A stretch of DNA of 60,824 bases from a virus (lineage: Duplodnaviria > Caudoviricetes). The first letter of the stretch is position 1, and each line of letters opens with the position of its first letter. The notes beneath the pieces are model-generated. The model saw only the letters and a list, made by a program, of their open reading frames with translations, was not told the DNA's origin and did not search any database. Location: the IMG/VR virus record IMGVR_UViG_3300045738_001878, positions 1 through 60,824 of that record; one strand, 5' to 3'. A program made the translations under genes and the position numbers. Below, piece by piece: positions 1 to 11,400 of the stretch.

Positions 1-1199
1 AGTTTGGTACTTTTTAGAGTCGAGATATAGCACTTCATATCCGTATCAGGATGTTTCAGTCCCTTGTCGAATTCACCCTTAATTCGGTCAACTCCTCTAA
101 GCCTATTGCCCATATTAAGGAAATGGGGGATTGCTTCTTTGATTTCCTTATCTAGTGCTCCTGGCGATTGCGATGACCCACCACGACAATGAAACCTAAT
201 GGCTCGCAATACACGAAGAGGGTCTTCCTCGAATCTATCTTTTGCTTTTCCAACAGTTCTTACTTTCCAAGCTTCCCCCGGACCACCCAAATCAGCCAGT
301 CCTTTGCCAGTTGGATCGAACAGTGTTTTATTCTCGGCATTAGACTTTGTAAGTTCGATGTACATTGCATTGATCGTTAAATCTCTTCGAGAAGCATCTT
401 CTCTGGGATCGTCAACAAAATCTACCTCAGCAGCACCATCGGTGACCTTGGCATCTTTTCTAAATGTGGCGATTTCGAATAATTCTGCATTATCTCCTCT
501 GCCAACTATAGCGGTGATAACAAATGGTTTCTGTTCCTTGCTGCTATCGTATCCAGTGATCTTCCATCGAAGTTCACTGTCATCATCCCAATCGACCTCC
601 ATTGCTTTGGGTTTTTCTTCTCCAACATATCTAACGAGTGGCTCGAAGCCGCCCCTCGTGGCACCTCCATGCGTGGAATGGTCCCGGCCTCGAATCTGTC
701 TGGCTTCATGGTCAGCTTTGGTTCCACTTAGTCCCAATTCAGATTGGAATGTATCATATTTCATAGCTGTTTGTGAACTATCCGACGCCTTCCCAGGTCC
801 GACATGTTTGAATCCATGACCACCCAAAATTTGACCGACTTGCTGTGGTGTAGCATTCGTTGCCAAATCGAAGTCGTTAATCGTCTTTCCTTTAAGGAAA
901 TCCCGTACTGGGCCACCTACCAAGAAGACGGACTTTTTGGCCATTGTTGTAGGTTTGGTTGTGTCGTCATGTACAATTATTTTGCTACTTTTCAAGAAGG
1001 CTTCAATTACGGGCCGCATGGCTGGGGGAGGGATGAATCCTTTTGGTAGTTTAGTTGAGGCAAGTTCTTTTCTCCAATTTTCTTTCTTGGGTTCGCCTTG
1101 GCCGTCACGCTTGCCGCCCTTATTGGGATCATCACCCTTGCTGGCACCGACAGCTTCTTTGACAAGCATGAAATCTTTGAATGATTTTTTATCAACCAT
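1..1199 (-). CDS. cca: Class II tRNA nucleotidyltransferase (CCA-adding enzyme/poly(A) polymerase family), 3'-truncated by window edge
   Basis: Not in ORF track because it has no stop in the window. Hand translation from ATG at 1199 (GAGGG SD upstream) gives MVDKKSFKDFMLVKEA...VFLVGGPVRDFLKGKTINDFDLATNATP...FEIATFRKD...EDASRRDLTINA...RFEEDPLRVLRAIRF...VDRIKGEFDK, i.e. motifs A (GGxVRD..DxD), B (RRD), D (EDxxR) and E. Confidence 0.92.
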   Translation of the reverse strand, partial: MVDKKSFKDFMLVKEAVGASKGDDPNKGGKRDGQGEPKKENWRKELASTKLPKGFIPPPAMRPVIEAFLKSSKIIVHDDTTKPTTMAKKSVFLVGGPVRDFLKGKTINDFDLATNATPQQVGQILGGHGFKHVGPGKASDSSQTAMKYDTFQSELGLSGTKADHEARQIRGRDHSTHGGATRGGFEPLVRYVGEEKPKAMEVDWDDDSELRWKITGYDSSKEQKPFVITAIVGRGDNAELFEIATFRKDAKVTDGAAEVDFVDDPREDASRRDLTINAMYIELTKSNAENKTLFDPTGKGLADLGGPGEAWKVRTVGKAKDRFEEDPLRVLRAIRFHCRGGSSQSPGALDKEIKEAIPHFLNMGNRLRGVDRIKGEFDKGLKHPDTDMKCYISTLKSTK

Positions 1200-1257
1200 G
1201 TTTTTCCCTCAACCTTATTTATCTTATTGACATGTAGTTTGCAAGTATATTCCTGTT

Positions 1258-1869
1258 TTATGCCGCCGGTGCTTGTTGTGCTTGTTGTGCTTGTTGTGGT
1301 TGTGCTTGGGTTGCGCCCTGGGCCGACTTGTCAATCCACTGCGATGCTCTGCCTGATGACTTTTTCAAACGCAGTTTGACTGTTGAGTTAGTACCATCCG
1401 TCCAGACTGTTTCTAACTGCACATGTGTCGGATCGGTATATCTGGGATCAAGTTTGCCAGATTGTATTAATTCTTGTACTGCGGGGTCTTCCAACATTTG
1501 TTTTTTTAATGCTTCAATGGCTTCTGGATCGCTCACTGATGTTGCTGGCACGTTAGCGGTAGCTTCAAACCACTCTCCTTCGTCCTTAATACTATCCTTT
1601 GGAAAGAATTCAGAAACGGGTGTGGGCTGTGAGGAAGGGTCTTTCCCGTACAGCGCATCTTTAAACACGCTACCAACAGCGCCAACTGTACCACTATACG
1701 CTCTTCGTCCCAACGCTTTTGGATCAAGGGGAGCGTCCTGACCGCTGCCAAACTGGGCGGTTGGTCCCCGTGCAACGTTGGTGGCACGAATAATTCCTTT
1801 ATTCCCTGCAAAAGCAGTCGCAGCCGAAGGGGCAGCTTCTTGAATATTCAACCATTCTCTAAAATTCAT
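1258..1869 (-). CDS. Hypothetical protein with capsid-targeting-like N-terminus (MNFREWLNIQEA) and Q/A-rich tail
   Basis: 203-aa ORF, AAGGA SD, co-oriented with neighbours. Confidence 0.75.
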   Translation of the reverse strand: MNFREWLNIQEAAPSAATAFAGNKGIIRATNVARGPTAQFGSGQDAPLDPKALGRRAYSGTVGAVGSVFKDALYGKDPSSQPTPVSEFFPKDSIKDEGEWFEATANVPATSVSDPEAIEALKKQMLEDPAVQELIQSGKLDPRYTDPTHVQLETVWTDGTNSTVKLRLKKSSGRASQWIDKSAQGATQAQPQQAQQAQQAPAA

Positions 1870-1878
1870 ATTGATCCT

Positions 1879-2265
1879 TTATGGTCCTGGTGTAGGAAGT
1901 CCCATTTGCCACAATAGATATCCAACTAAAATATACAACAATATATTCATTCCAAAGTTTAGGCCAGTTTTCCATCGGCCTTCTTGTCTTTTATTGTCGC
2001 TCTCAATTGTTAGCATTCTCATTTCAAGAGCATGTATCCCTTTAGATATGGCTTCTACATGTGTTGCGATAGCTGCGCCATTTTTTGATTCCAAAACACT
2101 AACCCTAGTTCCTAATTCTCTGTGTTGCTCTATGTTCGTATCAAGCTTGTTTTCGAGGTCTCCCTGCGTTTTCATAATGTGCTGTACTCTCTCATCAACC
2201 CGTGTCGTTAATTCAAATACAGATTTTATTGATTCCGATACTTGCGTATAGTATTCATCAGCCAT
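1879..2265 (-). CDS. Coiled-coil protein with C-terminal transmembrane helix (holin/XhlA-like architecture)
   Basis: Likely start MADEYY at 2265; heptad-like region, then hydrophobic ILLYILVGYLLW; TATATA at 2281 upstream. Confidence 0.6.
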   Translation of the reverse strand: MADEYYTQVSESIKSVFELTTRVDERVQHIMKTQGDLENKLDTNIEQHRELGTRVSVLESKNGAAIATHVEAISKGIHALEMRMLTIESDNKRQEGRWKTGLNFGMNILLYILVGYLLWQMGLPTPGP

Positions 2266-2280
2266 ATGTGGGTACTTTGC

Positions 2281-2324
2281 TATATAGAACTCATATAAAT
2301 AATAACAGGCTTTATCTCTATATA
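2281..2324. promoter_or_regulatory. Divergent promoter region: TATATA (2281-2286), TATAAATA (2294-2301), TATATA (2319-2324)
   Basis: Lies between divergent starts 2265(-) and 2332(+); TATAAATA is the T4 late-promoter consensus. Confidence 0.55.
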
Positions 2325-2331
2325 TCATATC

Positions 2332-2841
2332 ATGGCGAAAGAAAAAAAAGTCCCTACAGAAAAAGACATAGATGACTTGTTGCCCGATAAAATCGGAAGT
2401 GAAACTAATATAATTGATAGCTCCGATCAAAAAGGCGATCTCGTTGATCAAAAATATGAAGAGGGCGATCTAGTTTCTGATTCTATGGTTCTTGGCGTGT
2501 ACGCCGAAATAATGAATAACGTTCGCAAAGATAGAAAAGAGATTGATGAGGTACTTGGTAAATTTGCCGATATGGTGATAAATGAGGGTGATGCCACCAC
2601 ATCTAGTAAAGAAGCGCTTGTTAATTTACTAAAAATGAAAACAGATCAATCTGATAAGATGACAAAAATTGCCGATCTAATGACGAGAGTCAAATTAAAA
2701 GAGAAGGATGCTTCTCGTTTTGTCACCAAACAAGATGGTACGGTGATAAATATTGGCAATACCGGAACTAGCAAAAGAGCTTTGCTAGAACAAATTAATG
2801 AAGCAGCCGAAAAAGCAAGGAAAAACAAAAATGACTCATAG
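2332..2841 (+). CDS. Helical phage protein, possibly terminase small subunit (T4 gp16-like)
   Basis: 169 aa with two long helices, then INIGNTGTSKRALLEQI, loosely like the gp16 C-terminus; the ORF is solid but the function is weak. Confidence 0.35.
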   Translation: MAKEKKVPTEKDIDDLLPDKIGSETNIIDSSDQKGDLVDQKYEEGDLVSDSMVLGVYAEIMNNVRKDRKEIDEVLGKFADMVINEGDATTSSKEALVNLLKMKTDQSDKMTKIADLMTRVKLKEKDASRFVTKQDGTVINIGNTGTSKRALLEQINEAAEKARKNKNDS

Positions 2842-4132
2842 ACACAATGTAGATGCTTGGCTGGCAGAGCAAGATATACCTGCGGCTGGTGGGCAACCTG
2901 ATCCGGCTGGCATGCAAGCTCCCGCTGTTGACCCCAATCAGGGGATGGGTGCCGAGGCTCCTGATGGTGATCCAAATGTTGCAAACATGGATCAGCAAAA
3001 TCAACTGGGTCCGCCAAGTGATGATGTAGAACAAGACCCGGTTGCGCCAGACATGCCTGATGATGAACCAGATATGGATGACTTCGAAGTTTGGAAGAAT
3101 AGCTATCTCAAAGAATCTATTAAAGGTGATACCAATCAACTTATGGATATGTTGTCACAGGTAAGAGATAAGGAAGACCTCCAACCTTATCAACGAAAGT
3201 TTGTAGAAGACAATTGGAATATTCAACTCATTCGCCAAAACGCTAATGTAGAACAGGCTTCAAACGAAATCAGAAAAAACATCAAGGGACAATTAGACAA
3301 GAACAACCCTGCCACATCAGTTGTTAACCACATATCTGCCGTTCTAGAAACAATCCCAACTTTAAACAACATCTATATAAAACTAAATGGGTATGCGGGA
3401 TTAAAAGGAGACCTACATAGAAAATTAATTGCAGCTTTGATTGGTGGAGTACAAGTTGGAAGTGGTGGCAATAATGAGGACGTGATCTTCAACGAACGAG
3501 ATTATTCCATTCAAATTTCTACGAGATTTAACGCCAGATGGGGCGATGTTATGTTGGGAAATTGGAGCCTAAAAGAAGACGACCCAGAACGATATCTCAA
3601 AGAACCAGAATTAAAAAGATTGCGATCTGGCAGCCCAGAGGAAAGAGATGTATTGCGTCGTCGTATAGTTTCGGAATCTATAGCAGAATTATTTGAAACC
3701 AGAGCATTTATCATCAATGTTGTTGGCGAAAATGGAACCATTTATACGATGGGGTGGGATTTGGCTGGTTCTTTGCGATCTGCTTATACCGATGGAAAAT
3801 TAGTAGTAAAAACTAGAGCATCAGATAATTCAGAAGCAATGATCGATGATAATGGAAATATAGTTCCACTTCTAGATTTAAGTATATTGTTTGTAAAAGA
3901 AACTGGTGGTCAAAATGAAGACGGCTTACCAGAGACAGAGGAAATTGAGTTTATGGAGCGACGAGATGGCATGTTATTCTTGACGGCAGACATGCATACC
4001 ATCAATGAAGCTTCAACCGTCTTACAGGGGGCTGTATTCAAGGAAACTCCTTACATGGGCAATCCAAGTGATTTAAAAACTCTAGTTAGATGTGTTTATT
4101 CTGCTCATGACCTTTTGATGAGACAGTGCTAA
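2831..4132 (+). CDS. Hypothetical (probable virion) protein with P/D/Q-rich disordered N-terminus
   Basis: Likely start MTHRHNVDAWLAEQ at 2831 overlapping the upstream gene end; about 433 aa. Confidence 0.75.
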   Translation: MTHRHNVDAWLAEQDIPAAGGQPDPAGMQAPAVDPNQGMGAEAPDGDPNVANMDQQNQLGPPSDDVEQDPVAPDMPDDEPDMDDFEVWKNSYLKESIKGDTNQLMDMLSQVRDKEDLQPYQRKFVEDNWNIQLIRQNANVEQASNEIRKNIKGQLDKNNPATSVVNHISAVLETIPTLNNIYIKLNGYAGLKGDLHRKLIAALIGGVQVGSGGNNEDVIFNERDYSIQISTRFNARWGDVMLGNWSLKEDDPERYLKEPELKRLRSGSPEERDVLRRRIVSESIAELFETRAFIINVVGENGTIYTMGWDLAGSLRSAYTDGKLVVKTRASDNSEAMIDDNGNIVPLLDLSILFVKETGGQNEDGLPETEEIEFMERRDGMLFLTADMHTINEASTVLQGAVFKETPYMGNPSDLKTLVRCVYSAHDLLMRQC

Positions 4133-4215
4133 TGAGCATACAAGGATTTAATAATTGAGCGGGAAAAGAACACCCAGAACTATTCAAAGATACCCAATAT
4201 GAGGCGGTAGCATGA
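4132..4215 (+). pseudogene. 27-codon coupled mini-ORF interrupted by in-frame TGA (MSIQGFNN*AGKEHPELFKDTQYEAVA)
   Basis: Starts at TAATG overlap with the upstream stop, ends at ATGA overlap with the downstream start; TGA at 4156-4158. Confidence 0.35.
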
Positions 4216-4712
4216 GATCATTTGTAGAATTTGTTGATAAGAAAACTAAAGATACTCTAAGACAGCTTGGACTTCTAAAAAGAGTTCTAGAAAAAAATGG
4301 AATGACCGTTGCTAACTTTCTAGAAGATGATGATCCACACATTTTCATTAGAGTAAATAAAAAGAACCTCTCGTTCGATGGAGTGCGCATTTATAAAATT
4401 GGCGGTGGTCTAGCATATCGAGTTCAAAAAGAAGAAAAGACTCACCCTTATGGTAAAGCATATTCAATTGATGTAGAGGGAATGTATGACGATATGATTT
4501 CAGATGAGATGGATGAAGAAAAAGCTGGTAAAGAAGTTATGAAATCGCTTGTTCAAGAAATTAGAAAATTTTTCGACAAGAGTTCTGATGCTGAAAAGGA
4601 ATTAAGATCAATAGAATTTGATAAGTCATCAAATAAAGACCCGATGGGCAACATAGTAGCAAGAACAACGGGCACAGATTATGCCAATCAAGTACATAAT
4701 AAAACTACATAA
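4212..4712 (+). CDS. Hypothetical protein (starts MRSFVEFVDK)
   Basis: 166-aa ORF, GAGG SD. Confidence 0.8.
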   Translation: MRSFVEFVDKKTKDTLRQLGLLKRVLEKNGMTVANFLEDDDPHIFIRVNKKNLSFDGVRIYKIGGGLAYRVQKEEKTHPYGKAYSIDVEGMYDDMISDEMDEEKAGKEVMKSLVQEIRKFFDKSSDAEKELRSIEFDKSSNKDPMGNIVARTTGTDYANQVHNKTT

Positions 4713-4749
4713 TTAGATTCTATGATTAAGCAAAATAAATTAGGAGAAT

Positions 4750-5409
4750 ATGGCTCTCTTACCTCAACAACCTCCTATTACAGGGGGAAGAAATAATATA
4801 GCGGACACTACCGCTTCGAACTTGTTCACAAACATGTTCAAGCCGAACAGTGAAGTAATTGCTAACCCAAATAAAAGTGCCGGGCAAAACCCATTCATCA
4901 AGCAAGGCACGTTGATCTCTTTCAACTATCAATTCTGGGTCAACGACCCTTATCCGGTAGTGATTGTAACTAGAGTTACCCCCGGAAAAAGAGTCAAAGG
5001 AATAAACCTAAATTATCTTACCTTTCCTTTTATAAAGAACCTATTGCGCACCAGTTGCTCTAATCCAACTTTTGCTTGGCAAACTATAAAGGGAGATAGA
5101 TATATAGAGAATGCCTTCCGTAGTTATCGATGGCAAGGCGTCCGACAAGTCAAAACCCTTGACTGTACTTTTCTATTAAATGTAATGGCCACTGTTCGTT
5201 CCAACGATCCAAATGAAATGAGAGCAATAAAAGAATCTGTAAGAGAACAAATTAGAAGAGAAGTAAATCCCAAAGCGGAACCAACACCTGAGCAACCCAT
5301 CGGGATAAGACCACAAACAACACCAACACCAACACAAACACAACCCCCGTCGTCACCACTTAATCAAGGACCGGTGCAACAGCAGCTTCCATTTATGGAT
5401 GAAAGTTAG
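4750..5409 (+). CDS. T4 gp2-like DNA end protector protein
   Basis: GTLISFNY..DPYPVVIV..KGINLNYL..AFRSY resembles the gp2 pattern G.lY.F.Y..D.fPlv..GlNlHYL; AGGAG SD. Confidence 0.55.
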   Translation: MALLPQQPPITGGRNNIADTTASNLFTNMFKPNSEVIANPNKSAGQNPFIKQGTLISFNYQFWVNDPYPVVIVTRVTPGKRVKGINLNYLTFPFIKNLLRTSCSNPTFAWQTIKGDRYIENAFRSYRWQGVRQVKTLDCTFLLNVMATVRSNDPNEMRAIKESVREQIRREVNPKAEPTPEQPIGIRPQTTPTPTQTQPPSSPLNQGPVQQQLPFMDES

Positions 5410-5411
5410 TA

Positions 5412-8400
5412 ATGGCAAATAGTCTCTATGACAGTATGGATCGTCTTATCGGCTCAACCGATAACGTCGTAGATGTTGTGCGCTCAATGCTGCAAAGTGA
5501 TGTTGGTAATGCTCAGGATTATCATAACGCTAATAAAGAATCAGAAAAACGGGACAAAGATCGAGATACAAAATTAGATAAAATAGAGAAACATCTAAAC
5601 GATCTAGTCAAATTAACAGGTGACCAAAAAGATGATGCTAAAGAATATGCCAATAGCATAATAGCCGCCACTAAAGAAGCTGGTCAAAAAACTGGTGGAG
5701 GAACCACCAAGCAAACTAATAAAATTGACTTGGGATCACTAGACCTTTCAAAAATTCAATTGCCTGGAGGCGGCGGCAAAGGATTTGATTCAGCTAGCTT
5801 GACCAAGGCCGTTGAAGGTCTCGGCAACGCTGGTGATGAATTTGATAAGGCATTATCCCCACTTTCCCGTGTGGCTTCATCCGGCCTGGATGCCTCACGG
5901 AGCATGAATAAGCTTCTTTCAGAATCTATGTCTTACCAAAAACAAATGATGGAAGACATCAGAACGCTTACCGATGCAGCAACAACACCGGGAAGCATCT
6001 ACACGAAGGATTTAGCAGCGGAGGCAGCCAATAAATCCGTCTCGGCAGGCGGCGGTGGCGGTGGCGGTCCCACTGTTTCCGCAGGGGACATTGATGTTGA
6101 TGGGAAAGAACTAGGTGAGCAACTGGGTGTCGGAATTGAGGAGGGGGTAGAAAGGTCTACTTCTAAACTAGGTGCAGTTTTAACCGGAACGCTCCTTGGT
6201 TTAGCAGGTGGTGGCGACATATTCCAAGACCTATTCGCCGATGCCATTAAAGGTGAACTAGAGTTCATACGTGGCATGAGGGCAATCGCCTTCCAAACCC
6301 AAATGATTACTGGAGAAACAGAAACCCTACAAAACGAATTCCAAAAAACTGGCAAAATAGTCGCTGAAACTGGTCAGAACCTGACCACGTTCCAAGTTAC
6401 GTATATGAAAAATCTAAAACGTGGCATCAAAAGTCAAAAGGAGATGGTTGGTGTAACGAAGGCTAGTCTTAATCTGGCCACCATGATTGGGTCAGACGTT
6501 GCACAAACGGCTGATACTTTTGCCGATTGGCACATGCACATGGGCCTGACCGATGGACAAATGGCAGACGTTGGTCGTGGCATTAAAGATGTAGCCATGT
6601 GGAGTGGAGTCACTGGAGACAACCTAATGAAGGCTGTTGATGCTTCTTCTAAGTTTGTTGAACAGATGAGGTCTGCCGGTACTCTAACCGCCGTTGCCGC
6701 CAAGAATATCATCATGATTCAGGCTACGGCTCAAAAGTTAGGTGTCGGAGAAAGTATACAAGATTTACTTGGTGGCTTAGGTAGTTCAGTTGGGCTTTTG
6801 AAAGATGCCAGTAAAGAAACTCAGAGCATAATATTTCTTGCAGCATCTAAAGTTGGAAGAGTTCAAGATGCAATGTATGGAACCGTGCTTCAAACCCGTG
6901 CTGGCATAAAAGATATAGCCGAAGGAATGGAGCAAACATTCAAACAGGCAACTGGCTTTGAAATGGGAGAGATCGATCTGATGTCTGCGGAGCAAAAGTT
7001 CAGAGCCAATATGGTTCTAGAAAGTGTAACCGGCAAAGGCATTGAAGAGTTTAAACGGATGACCGACACAATGGGCGAAGCCGGAATGGGCTATGCCGAA
7101 AGAATGGCGACCATTGATGCAGAGTTATTGACAAATATAACACTCGAAGAACAACGAGCATTAATAATAAAAAAGCAAAACATGGCTTTAAGTGCTGGTC
7201 TAGAAATGTCCTCTAAATTATCTGAAGCGGCAAAGGGCGTAGGCACGATTGATGAAGCTGTAGCAAAAATGAGGAAACAAGCGGGAGCAGGATGGCCCGA
7301 TATAAAAGAAGACCTTATTGCTCTAACAAAAGATATCTCTCCAGGGCTTGCTGGTGGTATCGCAGGAGAAGACCCAAATGCCATTGCTTCAGCGATGGCA
7401 ATTGCTGCTGCTGATGCACTAAAAGAAGCTGGGGGTGAAGATTATTCACAACAAATTTTAGCTGCTGTTCAAGCAAACGATCTAACTGGGGTACGTGAGC
7501 TTCAAGAAAAGATGACTTCTGCTCAGCAGAAGTTAGGTGTTGACCAAGCCACGGGTCTAGACCCTCTCTCTGAAGTGGCACAAGGCGTGAGGGAAATTAA
7601 TGAATCAATTAGAGGCGTTACCGGTCCTCTTATAGCAGGGATAATGAACATTTTGGGAGTTGCGGGTGTCATCGCTGGCTATCTAGCAATAATGGTCGTA
7701 GCATCTGCCGTACACGCCGGTAAAGGTGCCTTGGGCTTGGTGGGGATGGGGTTCATTCAAAGCAAAATGGGTGGCGGCGGCGGAGGTGGCGGTGGTGGTG
7801 GTGGCGGCGGTGCTACCGGCGGTGCTCCGAAAGGCCCTGGTAAAGCCTTTGGCTTCCCTAAAGTTGCGAAGATGGATTTCGGTGGAATGATGTCGTCTGG
7901 CGCTCAGCTACTTAAAGGAGCCGTTGCTGTAGCTATTATCACAGCCGGTCTAGTTGCCATCGCAATAGGCATTATTGCATTGTCCAAGGGTCTAATGAAG
8001 ATCACTGGACTATCACCAAAGGAAATTGCCGTCATTGGCGCAACCATCGTTGGGATGGTTGTAGGTATTGGGCTAATAGCTCTGGCAGTGGAGAAGTCTG
8101 CTGCTCCATTAATGGCAATGAATGCCCTCAAATCTTTGGCAAAACCCATGTTAACAGGAGCTTTGGTCCTTCTAGTTATTGGAGCGGGAATTGTTGCATT
8201 AGCGACTGCTCTTATTTGGATTTCCAGCCAGATCATGGGTATTGCAGGAATGGATGCAGGCACAGCAGGTAAAACTGCTCTTAATATAGCTGTAATAATG
8301 ATGGCTGCTGGGTTTATTGCTTGGGCCACATTAAATGCGGCGGCTGGTTTGGCAGTTCTAGGTGCTCTTGCGCCGTATGCCACCTGGGCAGTTCCATTCA

Positions 8401-11400
8401 TGCTAACTGGTGCCGCTGCTATTTTACTTATCGCTCCTGCAATTGTGGCATTAGCTATCGCCATAGTGTGGATGAGTAAAAAAATCATGTCAATTGGCGG
8501 TATAGATGCGGGCGAAGCAGCTAAAGTTGCCGGAAATGTAGCTGTGATAATGCTTACCGCTGGCTTCATTGCTGTCGCAACTATGGGGGCTGCATGGGGC
8601 CTATCGTTACTTGGCGCACAAGCGGGACTTATAGCAGGCTTGGCACCATTAGCTCTTCTGGGAGCCTTAGCCATTATGGTTATTACTCCTGCAATTGTGG
8701 CCTTAGCTGTGGCCATAGTGTGGATGAGTAAAAAAATCATGTCAATTGGCGGTATAAATGCGGGCGAAGCAGCTAAAGTTGCTGGAAATGTAGCTGCTGT
8801 AATGCTTGCCGCTGGCTTCATTGCTGTCGCAACTATGGGGGCTGCATGGGGCCTATCGTTACTTGGCGCACAAGCGGGACTTATAGCAGGCTTGGCACCA
8901 CTAGCTCTTCTGGGAGCCTTAGCCATTATGGTTATTACTCCTGCAATTGTGGCCTTAGCTACAGCCATTGTCTGGATATCTGATGCCATTATGGGTGCTG
9001 CTGGTGTGGATGCAGCAAGTGCGGCAAAAACAATGGAAGATGTGGCTGCTGTAATGAAGGCCGCTGGTTTTATTGCCATAGCAGCGGGGGCAGCATTCTG
9101 GGGGTTGCAACTACTTGGCGCACAAGCACCAATATTCTTTGCGATGGCCCCACTAGCTCTTCTAGGTGCCTTAGCCATTACGGCTATTTCTGCTGGGATT
9201 GTGGCCTTAGCTGTGGCCATTGTTTGGATATCTGATGCCATTATGGGTGCTGCTGGTGTGGATGCAGCAAGTGCGGCAAAAACAATGGAAGATGTGGCTG
9301 GAATAATGAAGGCCGCTGGTGGCATCGCCTTAGTAGCGGGGGCAGCATTCTGGGGATTAGCACTACTTGGCAAGCAAGCACCAATATTCTTTGCGATGGC
9401 CCCAATGGCCCTTCTAGGTGCCTTAGCCATTACGGCTATTTCTGCTGGGATTGTGGCCTTAGCTACAGCCATTGTCTGGATATCTGATGCCATCATGAGT
9501 GCTGCTGGTGTGGATGCAGCAAGTGCGGCAAAAACAATGGAAGATGTGGCTGGAGTAATGAAGGCCGCTGGTGGCATCGCCTTAGTAGCGGGGGCAGCAT
9601 TCTGGGGATTAGCACTACTTGGCGCACAAGCACCATTGTTGTGGGCGATGGCACCACTAGCTCTTCTAGGTGCCGCTGCCATCATAGCCATTTCTGCACC
9701 TATTGTTGCACTAGCAGTAGCAATAGTTTGGCTATCACAATCAATTATGTCTGCTGCGGGAATGGATGCAGAAACAGCAGCAAAAGTTGCTGACGATGTA
9801 TATGGACTAATTAAGGCTGCCGGAAAAATTGCCCTGATGACTATTGCCATGATGCCCATATTAGCGGGCATGTCTGCTGCATGGCTCGTATTGTGGTACA
9901 TGATTCCTCTAATGGTTTCTGGAGCGGCGGCTATTTTAGCAATTGGGGCACCAGTTATGCTATTTGCCGTTTCTATTGTAAAACTGGGGGAAATGCTCGC
10001 TAACTCCGTTGATCCATCGGTAGTAGATAAAGTTGTAGTAGCTCTAGAAGGTGTTGGCAAGATTGTTACCGGCATTGCTGATGCAATGGATGCCATAATA
10101 AACAAGATCATCCCATTACAGGCAGAACCTTGGTTTTGGGGTCAGTCGCCACTAAATGAAATAGGCGAGGCGGCAGAACCATTTGCTAAACAATTCATCG
10201 GTGTTGCCCGTTTTATACAGATCGGTATTATCGCACCAGTTAAAAAGTATCTCAATATTCCTGAAGGAGTAGCAACCAAACTTGGAAGCAGTCTAAAAGC
10301 TGTTGGAAATATTGTCACCGGTATCGCTGACGCAATGGATGCCATAATAAAAAAGATCATCCCATTACAGGCAGAACCTTGGTTTTGGGGTAAATCACCA
10401 TTACAAGAAATAGGCGCTGCGGCAGTACCATTTGCTAGACAATTTATTCACGTTGCACGTTTTATAAAGATCGGCGTTATCGAACCAGTTAAAACACATC
10501 TCAATATTCCTGAAGGAGTGGCAACGGAACTTGGAGATAGTCTAAAAGCTATTGGAAATATTATCACCGGTATCGCTGACGCAATGGAGGCCATAATAAA
10601 CACGATGGTTCCATTAATCAAGGAACCTTGGTTCTGGGGAAAGTCGCCGTTACAAAAAGTAGGCGCTGCGGCAGTACCATTTGCTGCACAATTTGTTCAC
10701 GTTGCGAATTTTATAAAGCACGGTGTTATTGAACCAATTAAAACACATCTTGGCGATGTAGGAAATGTAGAATCTATAGGAGCGACGATTGTTGCTGTCG
10801 GAGAAATGTTATCGGCCCTTGCCCCAATGATGGATGTGTTAATAGATGTGATCGTTCCGCTTACAGAAGGTGGTTGGTTCTCTGATTCTCCTATAGAAAA
10901 CATAGTAGATGCGATTCCTGAATTTTCGGAATTCTTTGGAGCTATTGCTGAATTCCTCCAAGATGGAATCATGGCTCCAATCCAAGATAACATGGGAGAT
11001 GTAGGTGCTGTAAAAGGTGTAGGAGAAACTATAACAGCCTTGGCCTCAATGATCGGTGCAATACCCGGAGTTATGGATGTTTTAATAGACGAGATTGTTC
11101 CGCTTACAGAAGGTGGTTGGTTCTCTGATTCTCCTATAGAAAAAATAGCAGGCATCCAAGACGAATTCAAGGAATTCTTCCAGGGAGTTGCTGAATTCTT
11201 GCGATACGGCATCGTATCACCTATTCAGACATACTTCCCGGACCCAGGTGCAGTAACGGGTGCAGCCACCACGATTGTCGCTCTTGGACAGATGGTCAGC
11301 GTAATTCCAGCCATGATGGATGAGATCATATACGGACTCGTCCCGATTATAAAAGGTGGATGGTTTAGTAAAGCACCGGCAGATCAATTATCCTCTGAGA

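Noticed and set aside
480-810. Intein within the CCA enzyme insertion
   Set aside because: No evident C/S...HN-[C/S/T] splice junction motifs, and shorter than typical mini-inteins
199-1230. Plus-strand ORFs 199-819, 804-1049 and 937-1230
   Set aside because: Antisense to the clearly motif-bearing CCA enzyme
7904-10111. 735-aa minus-strand ORF and other long antisense ORFs in the tape measure and repeat fibre genes
   Set aside because: Shadow frames of repetitive Ala/Ile-rich coding sequence, with no motifs or SD
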